In this document: positions 37,080-50,080 of the stretch, piece by piece
Numbering within the stretch: the stretch's first letter is position 1
How the letters are laid out: every line of letters starts with the position of its first letter
From: the human T2T-CHM13v2.0 reference genome, Homo sapiens
Direction: 5' to 3' (one strand)
Length of the DNA: 64,000 nt
NCBI RefSeq assembly: GCF_009914755.1
Contig: NC_060936.1
Notes under the pieces: model-generated
Told to the model about the DNA's origin: nothing
Databases searched by the model: none
What the model saw: the letters and a program-made list of their open reading frames with translations, nothing else
Translations under genes and position numbers: made by a program

Positions 37080-37790
37080 ATTAATTTAGTAATATGACCC
37101 TAAAATCTTGAAAATGTAAATTCTATTTGATTCAGAAATTGTTCTACAAAGTCACCCACGAGATTTTTTTTTTTTTTTTGCCTACAACATTTAATCATGG
37201 ATAATGTTGAAAAAGTTAGCTATAAAAATGTCCACTGCAGTGCTGCTTTTCACAGTAAAAATATGGAAGTAACCTCAATACCCAGGGAAAAAAGAATAAT
37301 TTAGGTAAATAATGATGCATAAATATGCTAAACTACTTTGTAACCAAATAAAATTATTTTCTCGAAAAATATTTAATGATATGAAAATAAGTTCACAAAC
37401 TGAATGAAAACAATAAGGTTACAAAAATATTAAGGATGATTTTTATGTTTACATAAAGATAGCATACATTTCATTTTTGCATCTAGAGATGGAGATACCT
37501 ATAGAGACAGAAATAAGTCTGTACAGATAGAGATAGAACTGGAGACAGATTGAGAAAAACAAAGACAGATATCCCTATACTGGTAAACTTGGAGATTTAA
37601 AATAGAGATAGAGGCATCTATACAGAGTAATAGAAATATATCAGTGGAGATAGAATGCATATTTATATGTAAAGAGATATAAATATGAATATATATACAA
37701 AAAATTTAAGAAATTATAGTTAGTAAGAATTAAAATTATTTTCTTTTATCTGTTATTTCCAAATTTTCTAAAATAAATATTTAATATTTT
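37080..37790 (+). mobile_element. Old L1 (L1ME-like) 3' fragment with GAGATA low-complexity region
   Basis: aaaatgtccactgcagtgctg...aaaaatatggaagtaacctcaatacc..., ending tttccaaattttctaaaataaata. Confidence 0.45.
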
Positions 37791-38859
37791 GTTAAAAAAA
37801 GTACTTTAAAATACAAAAAATAAAGATCACCATAATTGTACCAATAACATTACTACTTCTGTTTTCTGTTTGCTATTTTAATTCATAACAGGAAGAAAAT
37901 ATTAAAACCCCATTAGTCTTCTCTAATAATAATCTAATTAGTTCGTTAATTGTATTGGTAAGGAATTGATAACATATTTAAAACTTTCCAGATTTACATA
38001 AAAACTCTTGGAAACAACTATCCCATGTGCATTTAACTGATTAAGAATGTAGTTATTTAGCAGTGAATTTGATGAAACCAATGGGGGTGCATATTAAAGC
38101 CAAAAGAGAATAACACATTAGAAAACATGAAAATAAGAGTCTCAGTCCCAGTTCTGCCAGTTACCAGGCGTCAATCCTTAAAATGTTTACTAAAAATCTC
38201 CATCTTAGTTTCTTCACATAAAATTGGGCTACAAATAATTTTCCATCAACATTAACAGAGATATTTGAATAGAGAATCTGATGATATCATAAAATCTATA
38301 GTTTATATAAGCAAGATAGTAGAATTATTATCCTTTAAAATAAATCAGGAAATTGGCAACTCAAATGAATTGCCATATTTGTAACTCAGAATAAAGTGTT
38401 TAACTCAACATTTTAATCCTTTAGAAAGATATTTTATAATAAATACATGATTTCTGAAGTTTTCTTACTCCTTTATAAAGAAATGTACTATACAATAATT
38501 AGTAAAAACTCATAAATATCAAGATAAGTAAAAGAAAATAACTTTCAATAAACTCAAGGAATACATACGTTAGTTTTATACCCTCTGTTCTATATTCTTC
38601 TATGAAGTGGATTGTGAAAGCACTGATGTTTCTAAATTGGATACATCATCTTAATTAGAATCTTCTGTTTAATTTTTGATTTGAGAGCCTTATACTCCTC
38701 TTGAAGTATTCTAGAATTAAACTACTTCAAGTGTGTTCAAAAAGAAAGTTGAAAAATGTGGAGGTCAAGGAAATTAATTTATCCCAAAAGTATCTAAGGA
38801 CCATCTCCTCTATCGGTATAAAATAAAAATCTTGTTCTCTGGAGGCTCATAATCTAGTT

Positions 38860-38929
38860 GATGATAGATATAGATAGATAGATGATGATGATAGATAGAT
38901 AGATTAGATAGATAGATAGATAGATAGAT

Positions 38930-38977
<48 letters not shown>
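38860..38977. repeat. Compound (GATA)n tetranucleotide STR
   Basis: Perfect (GATA)12 at 38930-38977, preceded by interrupted GATA/GAT units. Confidence 0.97.
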
Positions 38978-38991
38978 TACTATTATGTGTC

Positions 38992-39353
38992 CAGTATGGT
39001 TTGGCTGTGTCCCCACCCAAATCTCAACTTGAATTGTATCCCCCGGAATTCCCACGTGTTGCAGGAGGGACCAGGGGGAGGTAATTGAATCATGGGGGTC
39101 AGTCTTTCTGGTGCTATTCTCGTGATAGTGAATAAGTCTCATGAGATCTGATGAGTTTATCAGGGGTTTCTGCTTTTGTTTCTTCCTCATTTTTCTCTTG
39201 CCACCACCATGTAAGAAGTGCCTTTCACCTCCTGCCATGATTCTGAGGTCTCCCCAAACATGTGGAACTTTAAGTCCAATGAAACATCTTTCTTTTGTAA
39301 ATAGCCCAGTCTCAGGTATGTCTTTATCAGCATCATGACAACAGACTAATACA
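38992..39353 (+). mobile_element. THE1 (ERVL-MaLR) solo LTR, antisense to KCNC2
   Basis: tatggtttggctgtgtccccacccaaatctc...gtaattgaatcatggggg...ccatgtaaga...cccagtctcaggtatgtctttatcagca...gactaataca; ~360 bp. Confidence 0.95.
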
Positions 39354-40044
39354 ATATCTCTGGGAGTACTGTTGTGAAAGACTGAAGTAATGGCCTTTAG
39401 ATAAAGGACTACAGACACCTAGAACATTTATATACCATTTAAGAAATAACTATTTAAGCATATTCATTGAAGATATGTATGCTCTAAGAGAGTTAATGGA
39501 GCTTTTCAAATATGTCAGCTCCCCTGTAGCATTATCTATAGTATTATAGATTTTATATATATATTTATAATCTATATGTAAATATAGATTATAATCCATC
39601 TATCTATCCAAAGAGATCAGTTAAAAATGCAAATCAGTAAAGGACTTAAAATTCCCCCAAATGCCATAGGAATTCACAAAAAAAAAGGACATCATCCTAT
39701 TTCTAGTATTTTTTAATTGATTAAGCATCATTCTGCTATATACAGAAAATCAGATTCCTGAGAACTTGTTAGGCTTTATGCAGTAGCCCTTGAGCTGCTT
39801 GTTACCAAGAGGTTTAGCTGTCAGATTAGTTCTTGCAATTGTATTTCATGTCTAAATTAGTGGATTTCATATTATTACCAGTAACCTCTTCATCTTGATT
39901 ATCTTATGTTACATATCTTGTATCAGAGCATCCTTTCTATTATTCACATTCCACCACTACTATTATCATCACTACCATTACTTTGAAAAGGAAGAAGAGA
40001 ATGGGGGAAGAGGAAGAGGGGGAGAATTATAATAATGGCAACAG

Positions 40045-40238
40045 TAGCTGTCACTTGCTGAGCATATACTGTGGACCAGGTACTATGCTATGCATTTTAT
40101 ATTGATTATTTCATTTAATGTTTACAAAACTATGTTGTAGGCCCCATTTTATGAATGAGAGCATCACTTAAGTCTCCTACAATTAGGAAGCGGCAGAACC
40201 ATGAATCTAACATCAGAGCCTTTGCTCTTAACTGCTAT
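40045..40238 (-). mobile_element. MIR SINE
   Basis: cacttgctgagcatatactgtggaccaggtactatgcta...tttcatttaat...cccattttatgaatgag...ggcagaaccatgaat. Confidence 0.65.
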
Positions 40239-41304
40239 AGGTAGGCTGACATATTTGAAAGCTCCATTAATTCTCTTAGGTCACACATATCTTCAATGAA
40301 TGAATATATTTAAATAGTTATTTCTCAAATGGAAAATAGATGCTCTAGGGTGTTGTTGGCCTCTACTTATAGGCCTTTACTTCATTCTTTCACAATAGTA
40401 CTTCCAGAGACACACACCATTTAACTGATTATGTTTACTTTCCTAGTAACCTTCCAAATAACGACTCATTTCTCAAAATATAAAGAACAAGAAAATTAGG
40501 TAATTAAAGATGACTTTAGAGCTGTGTCATTAATGCAATGGTAGTGATGAAAATACATTATGTTAATATACAAAAGACCTGATTTCCCACCCTTTAAATA
40601 TTTCTCAGTACACTTTTTTTTCTGCTGAAGGTGAAAGTCGGACCTATGCCCTTGTCAGTTCTAAAACTGACAATTTTAATGTAATTCAGCTTTTCTAGAT
40701 AAATATGTTTTCACTCATACTATAGTATGCTCTATTCATATTCTAGGAAATATTTAAAATGTAGGAAACACTAATGATGACTCTAAAGTTTCTCTATACC
40801 AAAATTCAAGAAGCTACTACTTAGCTCTAAAAACCACTTGGAAGGGCTTTCCTTGGTTTGTGGAGGGAAGAATCAGGGAGGGGTCAATAGGTCAGAAGTC
40901 TGGTTATTAGAAGACAAGACAGTGTGCCAAATTTGTTCAACCACAAATGGTTCCTGGCTGTTGAGCCATCTGTAGTCCCTGTTATTTGCCAATGTGCAGT
41001 TTTGGCTAAGGTGCAAGAACATGCATAACAAAAGAATTATCAGACAAATTTAACTAAGATAAAAAATAAAATGCAGTTTTGTATGTTAATTTGCTTGCTA
41101 TATTTTACCTTCTTCGTGTGTCTCCTCTTGAAATACTAAAATGCATGTGAATAAGTCAGATGTTTCTAATTTGTTCTCAACCTACATTTGGTCATGTAGT
41201 AGACACGCTCCATGAGTCAGCACCAGGCTTCAGGGATAAGAGATATTTTTAGTTCACCTTCAAGCCAGTAGAATGTAGTCCCATAAAAAGCAAGTTCATT
41301 TGGC

Positions 41305-41336
<32 letters not shown>

Positions 41337-41344
41337 CACACACA
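41305..41344. repeat. Compound A16-(TA)8-(CA)4 repeat
   Basis: Read directly from the sequence. Confidence 0.9.
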
Positions 41345-41587
41345 TATTTATCTTAAGTCATATATAAATACAGAGACATAGTTCAAGAAAATGAAGGAAA
41401 AGTGAACATTTGAAATTTCTGACATTAAGCAGGACAGCATTGTATACATCTTCTATGTTACATTCTGAGTTAAGAGGGTTTCTTTGGTAGTTGACTCAAC
41501 TAGGAAACTGGAGTTGAATAGCTATGACATATTTTTACAATGTTTGTAAATTCAAAAGCACTTTTTGACTCACTTCATTTTATTCAT

Positions 41588-41745
41588 GTAGTTATTCAAC
41601 AAAAAATAAATCATCAAATATTTTCTATGTACCAAGTTCTCTGTTAGGTACTGAGGATGCAAAATTGAATTATACTTTCTTAGTCCTTGTCTTTATGGAA
41701 CTTAGAGCTTCAGAAGAAAGATACATAAACAATTAATGATAACTC
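41588..41745 (-). mobile_element. L2 3' end fragment
   Basis: ttattcaacaaa...ctatgtaccaagttctctgttaggtactgaggatgcaaaa...gtccttgtctttatggaactta. Confidence 0.6.
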
Positions 41746-42649
41746 TATATGAGAAATTCCATAAAGATAGAAATTTCAAAAATATGAAACCATTTTATCT
41801 TTACACTGTTCCTATAAGCCAAATGTGGTTCACAGTTGCCTCCTTGTATTAAAGGTAGCATTGGATATGGGGTATGATGTGAATTTGTTAGGGCCTCAGA
41901 ACTCATTGAAAGCAGTTATGATGAGGATACCTATCTCTAATCACTCACCTTAGCATTAGTACATGCTACCTCTTCCAGTTAGTCAAGATAACATTCTAGA
42001 GGCTTTGATTTATACATGCTTTGGCTATCGTTTTAGATAAGCAGAGAAATATCTGTTGATGCTCTTAGCAATCTTATAAGCAATTATTCCTATGCTTGGC
42101 CATTTCAGCAATGTTTAAACCTCTAATAATCTTGTAAAGACAGGATACATTTTCTGATTAATCTTTCTCAGTGTTTTCACTATTTTGAGAGTCGTGACCT
42201 TTATCAGTCAAGAAAATTACCATTTTTTATGCTCATGATCTTAATTCCCTCATCCACATTAATCTCATTCAACCAAATTTGGGAGAATTCCAGGCCTACA
42301 CTGCTAGTTAATTTACAGATTCCTATCTGTGAGTACACAGTACTGTAGAGCCTGAAAATGCAAAGCATAGGCACAGGCTGGAGAGGCCAGGCCTGAGAAC
42401 ATGAGCACAGGCTGGAGGAAAGCTGCCTCCTCACCCCAGTGATCTGGAAACTGATTCAAAGAACCTTTCCAAAAAGCATCTTCAGGCAGAAGAATCTCGA
42501 TATGACACAGGCTTATGTGTTTCAAATGAAACCCTTTGGCCCCCAGTACTGTACCCTTCCTTTCTTCTCAAGCTCTTAACTGCCCCCAAGTGACAGAATC
42601 ATACATTTCATGGCAATGGATATCAGTTATGGAAAAAAAAAATGCCTAA

Positions 42650-43020
42650 TAATTGAGGGATAGACTTTTTGTCTGACAGATATGGTTTTAGAGCTGGTCT
42701 ATGAAACTCATTAGCTATATAACATTCAGCAACATATTTACTCTCATCTGTGAAGTCGAGGTTTAAAAAACTATCTATTTTAGGGTAATTAGAAGGATTA
42801 AATGAGGCAATGCACAGAAGTATTTAGCACAGGGTCTGGCATGTAGTAAAATAGACAGGATTTACCACATTTTACAAAGATTACTTCCTAAGTTTCAGTT
42901 TCATCTGTGAAATAGAAATAAAAATAATCTATTCCATAAACATGTGATAATTTAATGAGGCCATGCATGTAAGTATTTAACTTGTCTCTCCTACAATGCA
43001 AGCTCAATAAATGCAAACTA
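42650..43020 (+). mobile_element. Two adjacent MIR fragments
   Basis: ctcatctgtgaag...aggattaaatgagg...ttagcacagggtctggcatgtagtaa, then tttcagtttcatctgtgaaatagaaataa...agctcaataaatg. Confidence 0.65.
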
Positions 43021-43177
43021 TTAGTATGTTGTACAAACATAAAGTTACAGTGAAAGTTATTTTAACCTACAATTAATTGACTACCTGGATTAATCAAAAC
43101 CTCTATTCTTTGTGTAAAACATATGAACTGTCGTCCAAAATATCCAAACACAACAGCTAGTCAGATACCATCTAGAT

Positions 43178-43277
43178 AGAGCAACCATAGATCTTAGTTT
43201 GTCTTAGCCAGTCATAGTTATGCTCTCTTTAATTTCACAAGTATTTAAACTTGGGTGATAAATTATATGGTCACCCT
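43178..43277 (-). mobile_element. MER94-like hAT-Blackjack MITE remnant
   Basis: Ends gataaattatatggtcaccct (reverse of AGGGTGACCATATAATTTATC), with a degenerate partner TIR agagcaaccata. Confidence 0.6.
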
Positions 43278-44372
43278 TTAAGTACATTGGAAGGCCTCTT
43301 CCCTGCCTCTTCCCTGCCTGAAGATTTGTACCCTTACCATACAAAAGTGATACCCTTTATCAGTTTCCAATGGTGTTTTTGCAAGTTTTAGTTATTAATG
43401 TAATTTCATCATTCAATTAAAATTTACATAAATTGATGAGAAATGCTGTGGATTTATATATAATCTAATAAATAAAACAACAGATCTATATATAAAACAA
43501 CTAATCTATAAAACAACAGTGCTGAATCACAAATCCAAATGCATCTTAAACAGAGGTTCTTGCTTTCAGTTGCTAGGTGATAACCTCCACAGCCCCATAA
43601 AACAATGATAATATAAAGATCAAGTGAACAAGAAAATGCATATCAGGTTTAAATCTTAAGCTCAAAATACTATGAATTAATTTTGGAAGATTGACTACAA
43701 ATGTTCATAACAAAAGAGCATCACAAATTAAGAATAAATCTTTATGCTTATATATCAGAATTCAATTTATGTATACATATATGTATGTTAATTACTAAAG
43801 AAAAAATGGAAACAGATTAGGTACAGCCTGGTGATTTATTTTCTCTGTTAATATTCTATGAAAAATTAAGTGCCTATATAATTCTACTGTAATGCGCTAA
43901 AGTAATGTATTTAATCTGCAGTCAATTAATACATAAACTTTTATGTTAAATAAGAAAGTGTCATTGTATCCTCAATATTCACTATGTAATACTCCTGAAT
44001 TAATATCTTCTCTTAGAAGCCTGTGTAATATAACTATAAAATAGATTCTTGTTCCACAAGTAATTGAATTGGGCTCTTCTTTGAAAGATTATCTTGTCTA
44101 CAGTGAAACCGGTTAAATAAAAATACAATCCACCTATATTTAACATATGATTTATAAATTTTAAAATATTGAATATTGTTTTATCTACATGTTTCATTAA
44201 CATCAATGAAAAAATATGCAGTTAAAAGAACATGCAACTTTTAACAGTTTTATACTTAGTCACAATTTTTTTCCATTTTCTTTACAAGTGAGGACTTTGA
44301 TGGAATTATTGCAAATGGAATTATGGTCTCCAAACTGCTAATAATGTGTTGTTTCAGATTAAAATATCTAGA

Positions 44373-44581
44373 CCTGTCCTATCCATCTTTGTAGCCCTTA
44401 GCTATAGAAACTATTTAACTTTAAAGTAATTAAAATTCAATAAAATTTAGAATTCAGTTTCTGGGTTACATGAGTCACATTTCAAGCGCTCAACAAACAC
44501 ATATGGATAATAGTCGTCGTATTAAGCAATGCAGATATAAAACATTTCCATCATTCCAGAAAGTTCTACTGGACAGCCTTG
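44373..44581 (-). mobile_element. MER3 hAT-Charlie MITE
   Basis: cacatttcaagcgctcaa...gcagatataaaacatttccatcattccagaaagttctactggacagc is the reverse MER3 consensus. Confidence 0.8.
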
Positions 44582-45402
44582 AACTATGCTTTAGTGGAAG
44601 CTATTTCCAGCTTTGATTTGCTCTATGTACAGTATAATGGTCCAGTTTAAGACTTTCCAATAAGCTGGATTAGGAAATTTTGAAAATAATATATCATTTT
44701 TATTAACAAACCAATTGATTTGGGGGTGCTCCCTTATAAGAAGTTCAAATTATCATTCCAACAGTCTAGATGGCATCTCTACAGTAAGTTTCTACATATC
44801 GCTAAACACATTACTTTCAGAAATGCTAAATGTCTTCCACATATTCTCCAAAGCTTCTGTTTTCTTGCTTCCCTTATCGATGTTTACAGATCTATTATCT
44901 TCTTAGCCACCTATCTCAAAATAAATCTTCAAAATCATATTTTTTTACTTTTTCCTCTTCCTTCTCTTCATGCTTTTAATAGGCCATTATGCCCTTTTTT
45001 ACACCAGATATTTTTTTTCCTCTCCACCCTCACTGCCACTATCTTATTGACCTCTTTTTCTCACTTTAATCCATCTTCCAAACAAAAGCTATAGCAGCCT
45101 TCTTAGAACTTAGAAGACAGAGCTAACTACAAAATGAAGTTCAAACTGCTTAGCACAGCATTAAGGAATTTCAGGATCCTTTACCCCTGCCACCAGTGAC
45201 CCCTTACAAGCCTAGGTAACTACAGTTGTAATTTTTAAGAAATCTCAATGAACCAATTGTTAGAAGCCTTTTCCAAATACCTGAATATAAATCCATGTCT
45301 TTGTGACCCTCACTTCCTCGATATATAGAGTGAAGGAAAGAATATTTGATGTCAGGAATAGTTTAGAAATTATAATTAAAGCATGTAGCAAATTGTTGTT
45401 AA

Positions 45403-45447
45403 TATCATCATTATCATCATCCTCATTACCATCATCATCATCATCAT
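45403..45447. repeat. Imperfect (CAT)n repeat
   Basis: atcatcattatcatcatcctcattaccatcatcatcatcatcat. Confidence 0.85.
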
Positions 45448-46660
45448 TTGACTCTAGCCTCCAAGTGTCTAACTGCATTCTCAAAGATGCCTGAATAGAC
45501 AAATTAATAAAGACCCTTATGTTTTATTTCACTGGTGAAGAAAAATGGGTCAGCCAATGCACCATTCACTTGCCATGACCAATCACATCAATTAAGAAGT
45601 AGCCTTAGGATTTTAATTACCTTCTCATTACCTCTAAAAGCTACTGAGTGGCTGTTGCATCTCAATGCTGTACATAATCTTAAGTTGTTTTAATATGATT
45701 TCTGATTTTAGTGCATAGATTTTCATTGTGTTTCTCCTGATGCAAAGATCACATTTGTAGTCTGCATGCCTTATTTTCCAGACATATCACAATACCAAAG
45801 CTACTCAGTTATTGATGTTATTCTATTTCCACTAAACAGAAATTATTGAATTATTATTACTATAATGCTCATCTCAATTTTTATTATCCTTCATTTGAAT
45901 TTTTTTTATTCTTCAACTTTTTCTTTTCAGCTCTTTGTGTGGCAACAGTGGTAGGACCAATATGTCATTGAAGTAGCTGCCTTTTGGCCTCATGAAGGCA
46001 ACTTGTTATTAGCAAAAGCAAAGAATTTGCTGAATGATCATAACATCTGTATGAGCCTGTACTGGCAAGTCAATCTTGAATTTCAGCTTTCTTCGTACAT
46101 AGTTCTGTTTTGAGAAGCAATAAAATAATGCTTGAAAAGTGGTTTGTCCACTGGGGAGCTTGGAAAAAACAATAGTACTTTTATCCTCACGAAACCTAGC
46201 GGGAAAGTTGGGTATTGTGTTGCTCTAATTAGAAAGTCTTTACTCTCTGCGATGCAAAATAGGTTTTTGTTTAGTTTATTTTTTAAAAAATCAGTTTAGA
46301 AGTTGTTAGAATATGTGGGGAATTTTATCTCATTGATGGGAAAAATATTTATAGTTCTCAAAAATAACCTACAAATGAGTAGGCACCTATACAGTGCTAT
46401 GTTAAAAAAAAATCTATGTAGACAATAGAATACTATAAGGATTGCAGGCAAAGATAAAAGTGTATGCTTTAAGATATAATATATGGAAATACTATACATT
46501 TTGGATGTAAGTTGGAACTTATAAGATCTAAACTATTTTCTAATTTATGGTAAATAATGAAGTACTCAATTATGGTAATTAGTTGATTGAAGATAAAAAA
46601 TATACATGTTTCATTTCTATATTCTGATTTCCCTTAAATATCAGGATCATTCTATTATAA

Positions 46661-46828
46661 CCATGTTTCTCAAAATGTACTTTCTGGGCCAACAGCATCA
46701 GATCCACCTGAGATGCTTGATTGAAATGCAGATTTCTGGAAGAATCTGACTTTTGGTTGTGAAACCTCATCTGCATTTTATTTTCATCCCCTATATAACT
46801 CCTAGTGACTAAAAATTTAAGAACACTG
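46661..46828. mobile_element. MER5A/B-like hAT-Charlie MITE
   Basis: gtttctcaaaatgt...cagcatcagatccacctgagatgcttg...aaatgcagatt...atctgcatttta...aaatttaagaacactg. Confidence 0.7.
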
Positions 46829-48550
46829 CACTTAAGAACAAAGTAAAAGCAACTGAATGGCAAAGTCAAAGCCACGTGAAAGGCCACATAGAATTTCTCT
46901 ATTTCTCTCCTCAAAATCATGCAGAAAAATTAAAATCCTTGCTTTAGAAGTAGAGAATATCAGCCTGTATAATTTCTCTTTAGGATAATGGATCTGATTT
47001 TCAAATTTTCTTGACAAAGTTTTGATAATTAAATAGCAAAATAGACTAATGCTTATATGGCTAACATAAAATTATTTGTAAAAATAGCTTAATCAGTGTA
47101 ACACTCTCTGGGGGAATAAAAAGCTTATTTTTCATTGCCTTGCAAATATATTCAAGCATATTTTACTCAAGTTTTCATTAAAATTCACTGATGACAACTT
47201 ATATAAATATCTTCAAGGCAAATTAGACAAAGACATCTATTCCTGAAGAATGAGATTCTCCCCTGGGTAAATGATAATTATGATACTCAATTGTACAAAA
47301 CTCTAAACAACACAAAAACATTAAAATTTTATAGTTAAAAAATAAATGAATAATTGTCAATCTTCTCTTTTCCCAACCTCTTCATATTTCTGCCAAAATC
47401 CCTAATACAAGAATAACACACATATGAAGTATTACATTTCAGTCCAAAATATAATATTCTTTTAATAAAAAGAACAAGTTAATAGCTTTGCTGAAAATTA
47501 AGCCTAATATGTGGATAAGCTTATTATATTGCAGTAGAAGTCATTCTTGCATCTATTTTTCAATCTGTTCATCACTAATCTTTATCACAGGGATGACTAT
47601 GACATTAAAATGCAATAAATCTAGTGTGTGATTGTGATTTGACCTTTAGGCTTTTTTTTTTTTTAATCGTTCGAGTAGCTATCTGTTTCTTCTATATCTA
47701 AAACCTTCCAAGGAAATGAGGGTGGAGAGTGGAAAGAAACCAGTGCAGCTATTGAAATTTTTTAATCAATTCATGATTCATAGAATCAAAATATTCTGGC
47801 AACCATAAACATAAAAATAAATGTACATATTCAAATAGAATGGCAACAATTCATAAAGTAGATTAAATTTAGGAACATCTTTTAGAATCTGTTCTCCTTT
47901 ATCACAATGTCAATGGTCTTAGTAATGTCAACTTCGCATATGTTACAAGATCAGTTTAATTCCATAAAAAGAAAAGATTTGTCAAAACGTGTTCCTACCC
48001 TCATGTGGCTATGGAAAGGCAATCTCTGTAAGAAGCTAGAGGTCCTGCAAACCTGATTCCCTGAGATGCAACATCCCTCCTTGTTGAAAATAAGAAATAT
48101 TCACCACTAATTGACCACCCATGCATCAATGGGATATTAAAAGACCCGAAGCTCCATTACAGCTTATTCATAAATGAAGCATTAATTTTGTCTAGCGGTA
48201 TTAATCACAACATATTAAAATTGAAGTACCCTTAAATTTAAAGGATTTATGAAGTGGTCAAAGATGCTTAATTTACAGTTGGGCCTTCATTTAGATATGC
48301 TGATCTTAACACAATGTGACATTGTGCTTATTTCACTAATTTTGCTTCAATTTAAATGGCCAATGGCAGCTAAAACTCATGTTCACCCACAGAAGATTCA
48401 AGGTTTTCAAAAATATTAGGACTAAAATCTTTATTATTTTCAATTAAGAAACATAGGTCTACTGACCAGCAAGAAAACTGAGGTAACGTGAGACTGTTTC
48501 ACTAGAAGGTCCCACTTACAGAGCTGAATTTAATACATTTTGATTTATAT

Positions 48551-48605
48551 TTAGGTTGGTGAAAAAGTAACGGCAAAAACAGCAATTACTTTTGCACCAA
48601 CCTAA
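48551..48605. mobile_element. MADE1 (Hsmar1 MITE), internally deleted
   Basis: ttaggttggtgaaaaagtaa + cggcaaaaacagcaattacttttgcaccaacctaa|ta; 55 bp versus the ~80-bp consensus. Confidence 0.92.
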
Positions 48606-49920
48606 TAATAATGCATAGGCTCGGAACAGTACTTTACTAATCCCTTTTCTTTTTAAATTGTTGCTAACTTTCCACTTAACTAAAAGGCAAATTCTTGCTT
48701 CCCCTTTGGGTTGAGATTCAGAGTATTAGACCTGCACATTTAGATACTGGTTCACCATTTTGGCACGTACAACTTTCTGCTTGTTAAGAGTAAAGTTAAA
48801 TATGATTCTCTTTTAAAGTTGCCTTTTGATTGTCCAATAACAGAAAATTTAAACATATACAAATGATATATTAAAAATAAAAAGTCACCTGCTGCCCATA
48901 CACTAACATCAAGTATTTCATCAGCTAATATTTTAGAAATGGACCTCCATAAAATATTCCTTTACCAAGATAACACATAGTGGAATGAGTTATTATTCTC
49001 AAACTGAACAGAGTAACAGACTGATATATGAAAGGTGATAGAGTGATATAGCAAAATCATTCTGTTCTTGTATGCTTATACACAAGTACATCCATTCTCA
49101 TGCTCTCTTAGCTTAAAAGCTGAGCCTGAAAAGCAAAATTCTAATTCTCCTCCACTCCATCAAATTTATATTCAGTAATATTTTGCATTTTCCTTTAAAT
49201 TAATTTTTAAATATAGCCCCTCTGCCACCCAGTGAAATGCTTGACTTGTAAGGTCCTTGATCCTATTTAACAAGAATTTTGACCTTTCTAACAGCAACTT
49301 TCCATAAGAAGAATTCAGCAGACACTGAGAAGTTTTCAGGAATTTTTTAATTGAATCAGAGCTGATAAGGATTAATTAGCTACATCTGTCCTCATGACAG
49401 TCCTGATTTGGGAACAATAATCAAATGAAAGCTCTATCAACAGAAATTGGCAGTGACAAAAACTTACTGCCTCTCTCAAACTCAAATCCCTCCTGCAAAG
49501 ATATTACAGAAAATGATGTCACAATAAGGTAGAAAACACATTAGCTACTGCTTAGAAATAGACCATGGAAGTCTAAGAACACCTAGATCTTTTTAAAGTA
49601 ACAACAGGTAAAATAATAAATTAACAACTTCTAATGTCCCTTTGATATGAATAAGGCTTGAAGGCATTGTTCTTCACATAGAAAGGACCACACATTGTCA
49701 GCTCATTGAAATACTGAAGGATGAAGACTGTGCTTACTCCTTTTCTGTTTTACTGATAACAGAGAAACTGTAAGAATGAAGAAGAATGGAGAATGGTTTA
49801 CAGCTGATTATTAGTACATAAAATTACACCACCATGCTACTGCTTTCATCTGCAATCTATGATCTTTATCTTCAAGTGGTTCCTCAGTACTGGCAAGCAA
49901 CTCTATTATATTCTCTTAGT

Positions 49921-50080
49921 TAGATCAAATTCATGGGTTTAGTTGCACAGGGCCCACACACAGAATTGTCCCATATTTGGTTTAATCTCCCACTGTTGCT
50001 GTCTTGAAATTCTTAATTTTTAATAGAAGCCCCACATTTTGCATTTTTCCCCGGCCCTGCAAATTATGTTGCCTTCCCTG
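49921..50080 (+). mobile_element. MER91A-like hAT-Tip100 MITE
   Basis: gcacagggccc...ttggtttaat...ctgttgctgtcttgaaattcttaat...gccccacatttt...ggccctgcaaattatgt...cctg. Confidence 0.75.

Noticed and set aside
38810-39418. 202-aa minus-strand ORF
   Set aside because: Composed of antisense THE1 LTR plus the translated GATA repeat (YLSI units).
41217-41237. tcagcacc as a REST/RE1 site (also near 56389)
   Set aside because: Left half-site only; no GGACAG right half at canonical spacing.
28629-43318. Short tandem 11-mers (cacttgatcat x2 near 28629; cctcttccctg x2 near 43295)
   Set aside because: Ordinary slippage micro-duplications.
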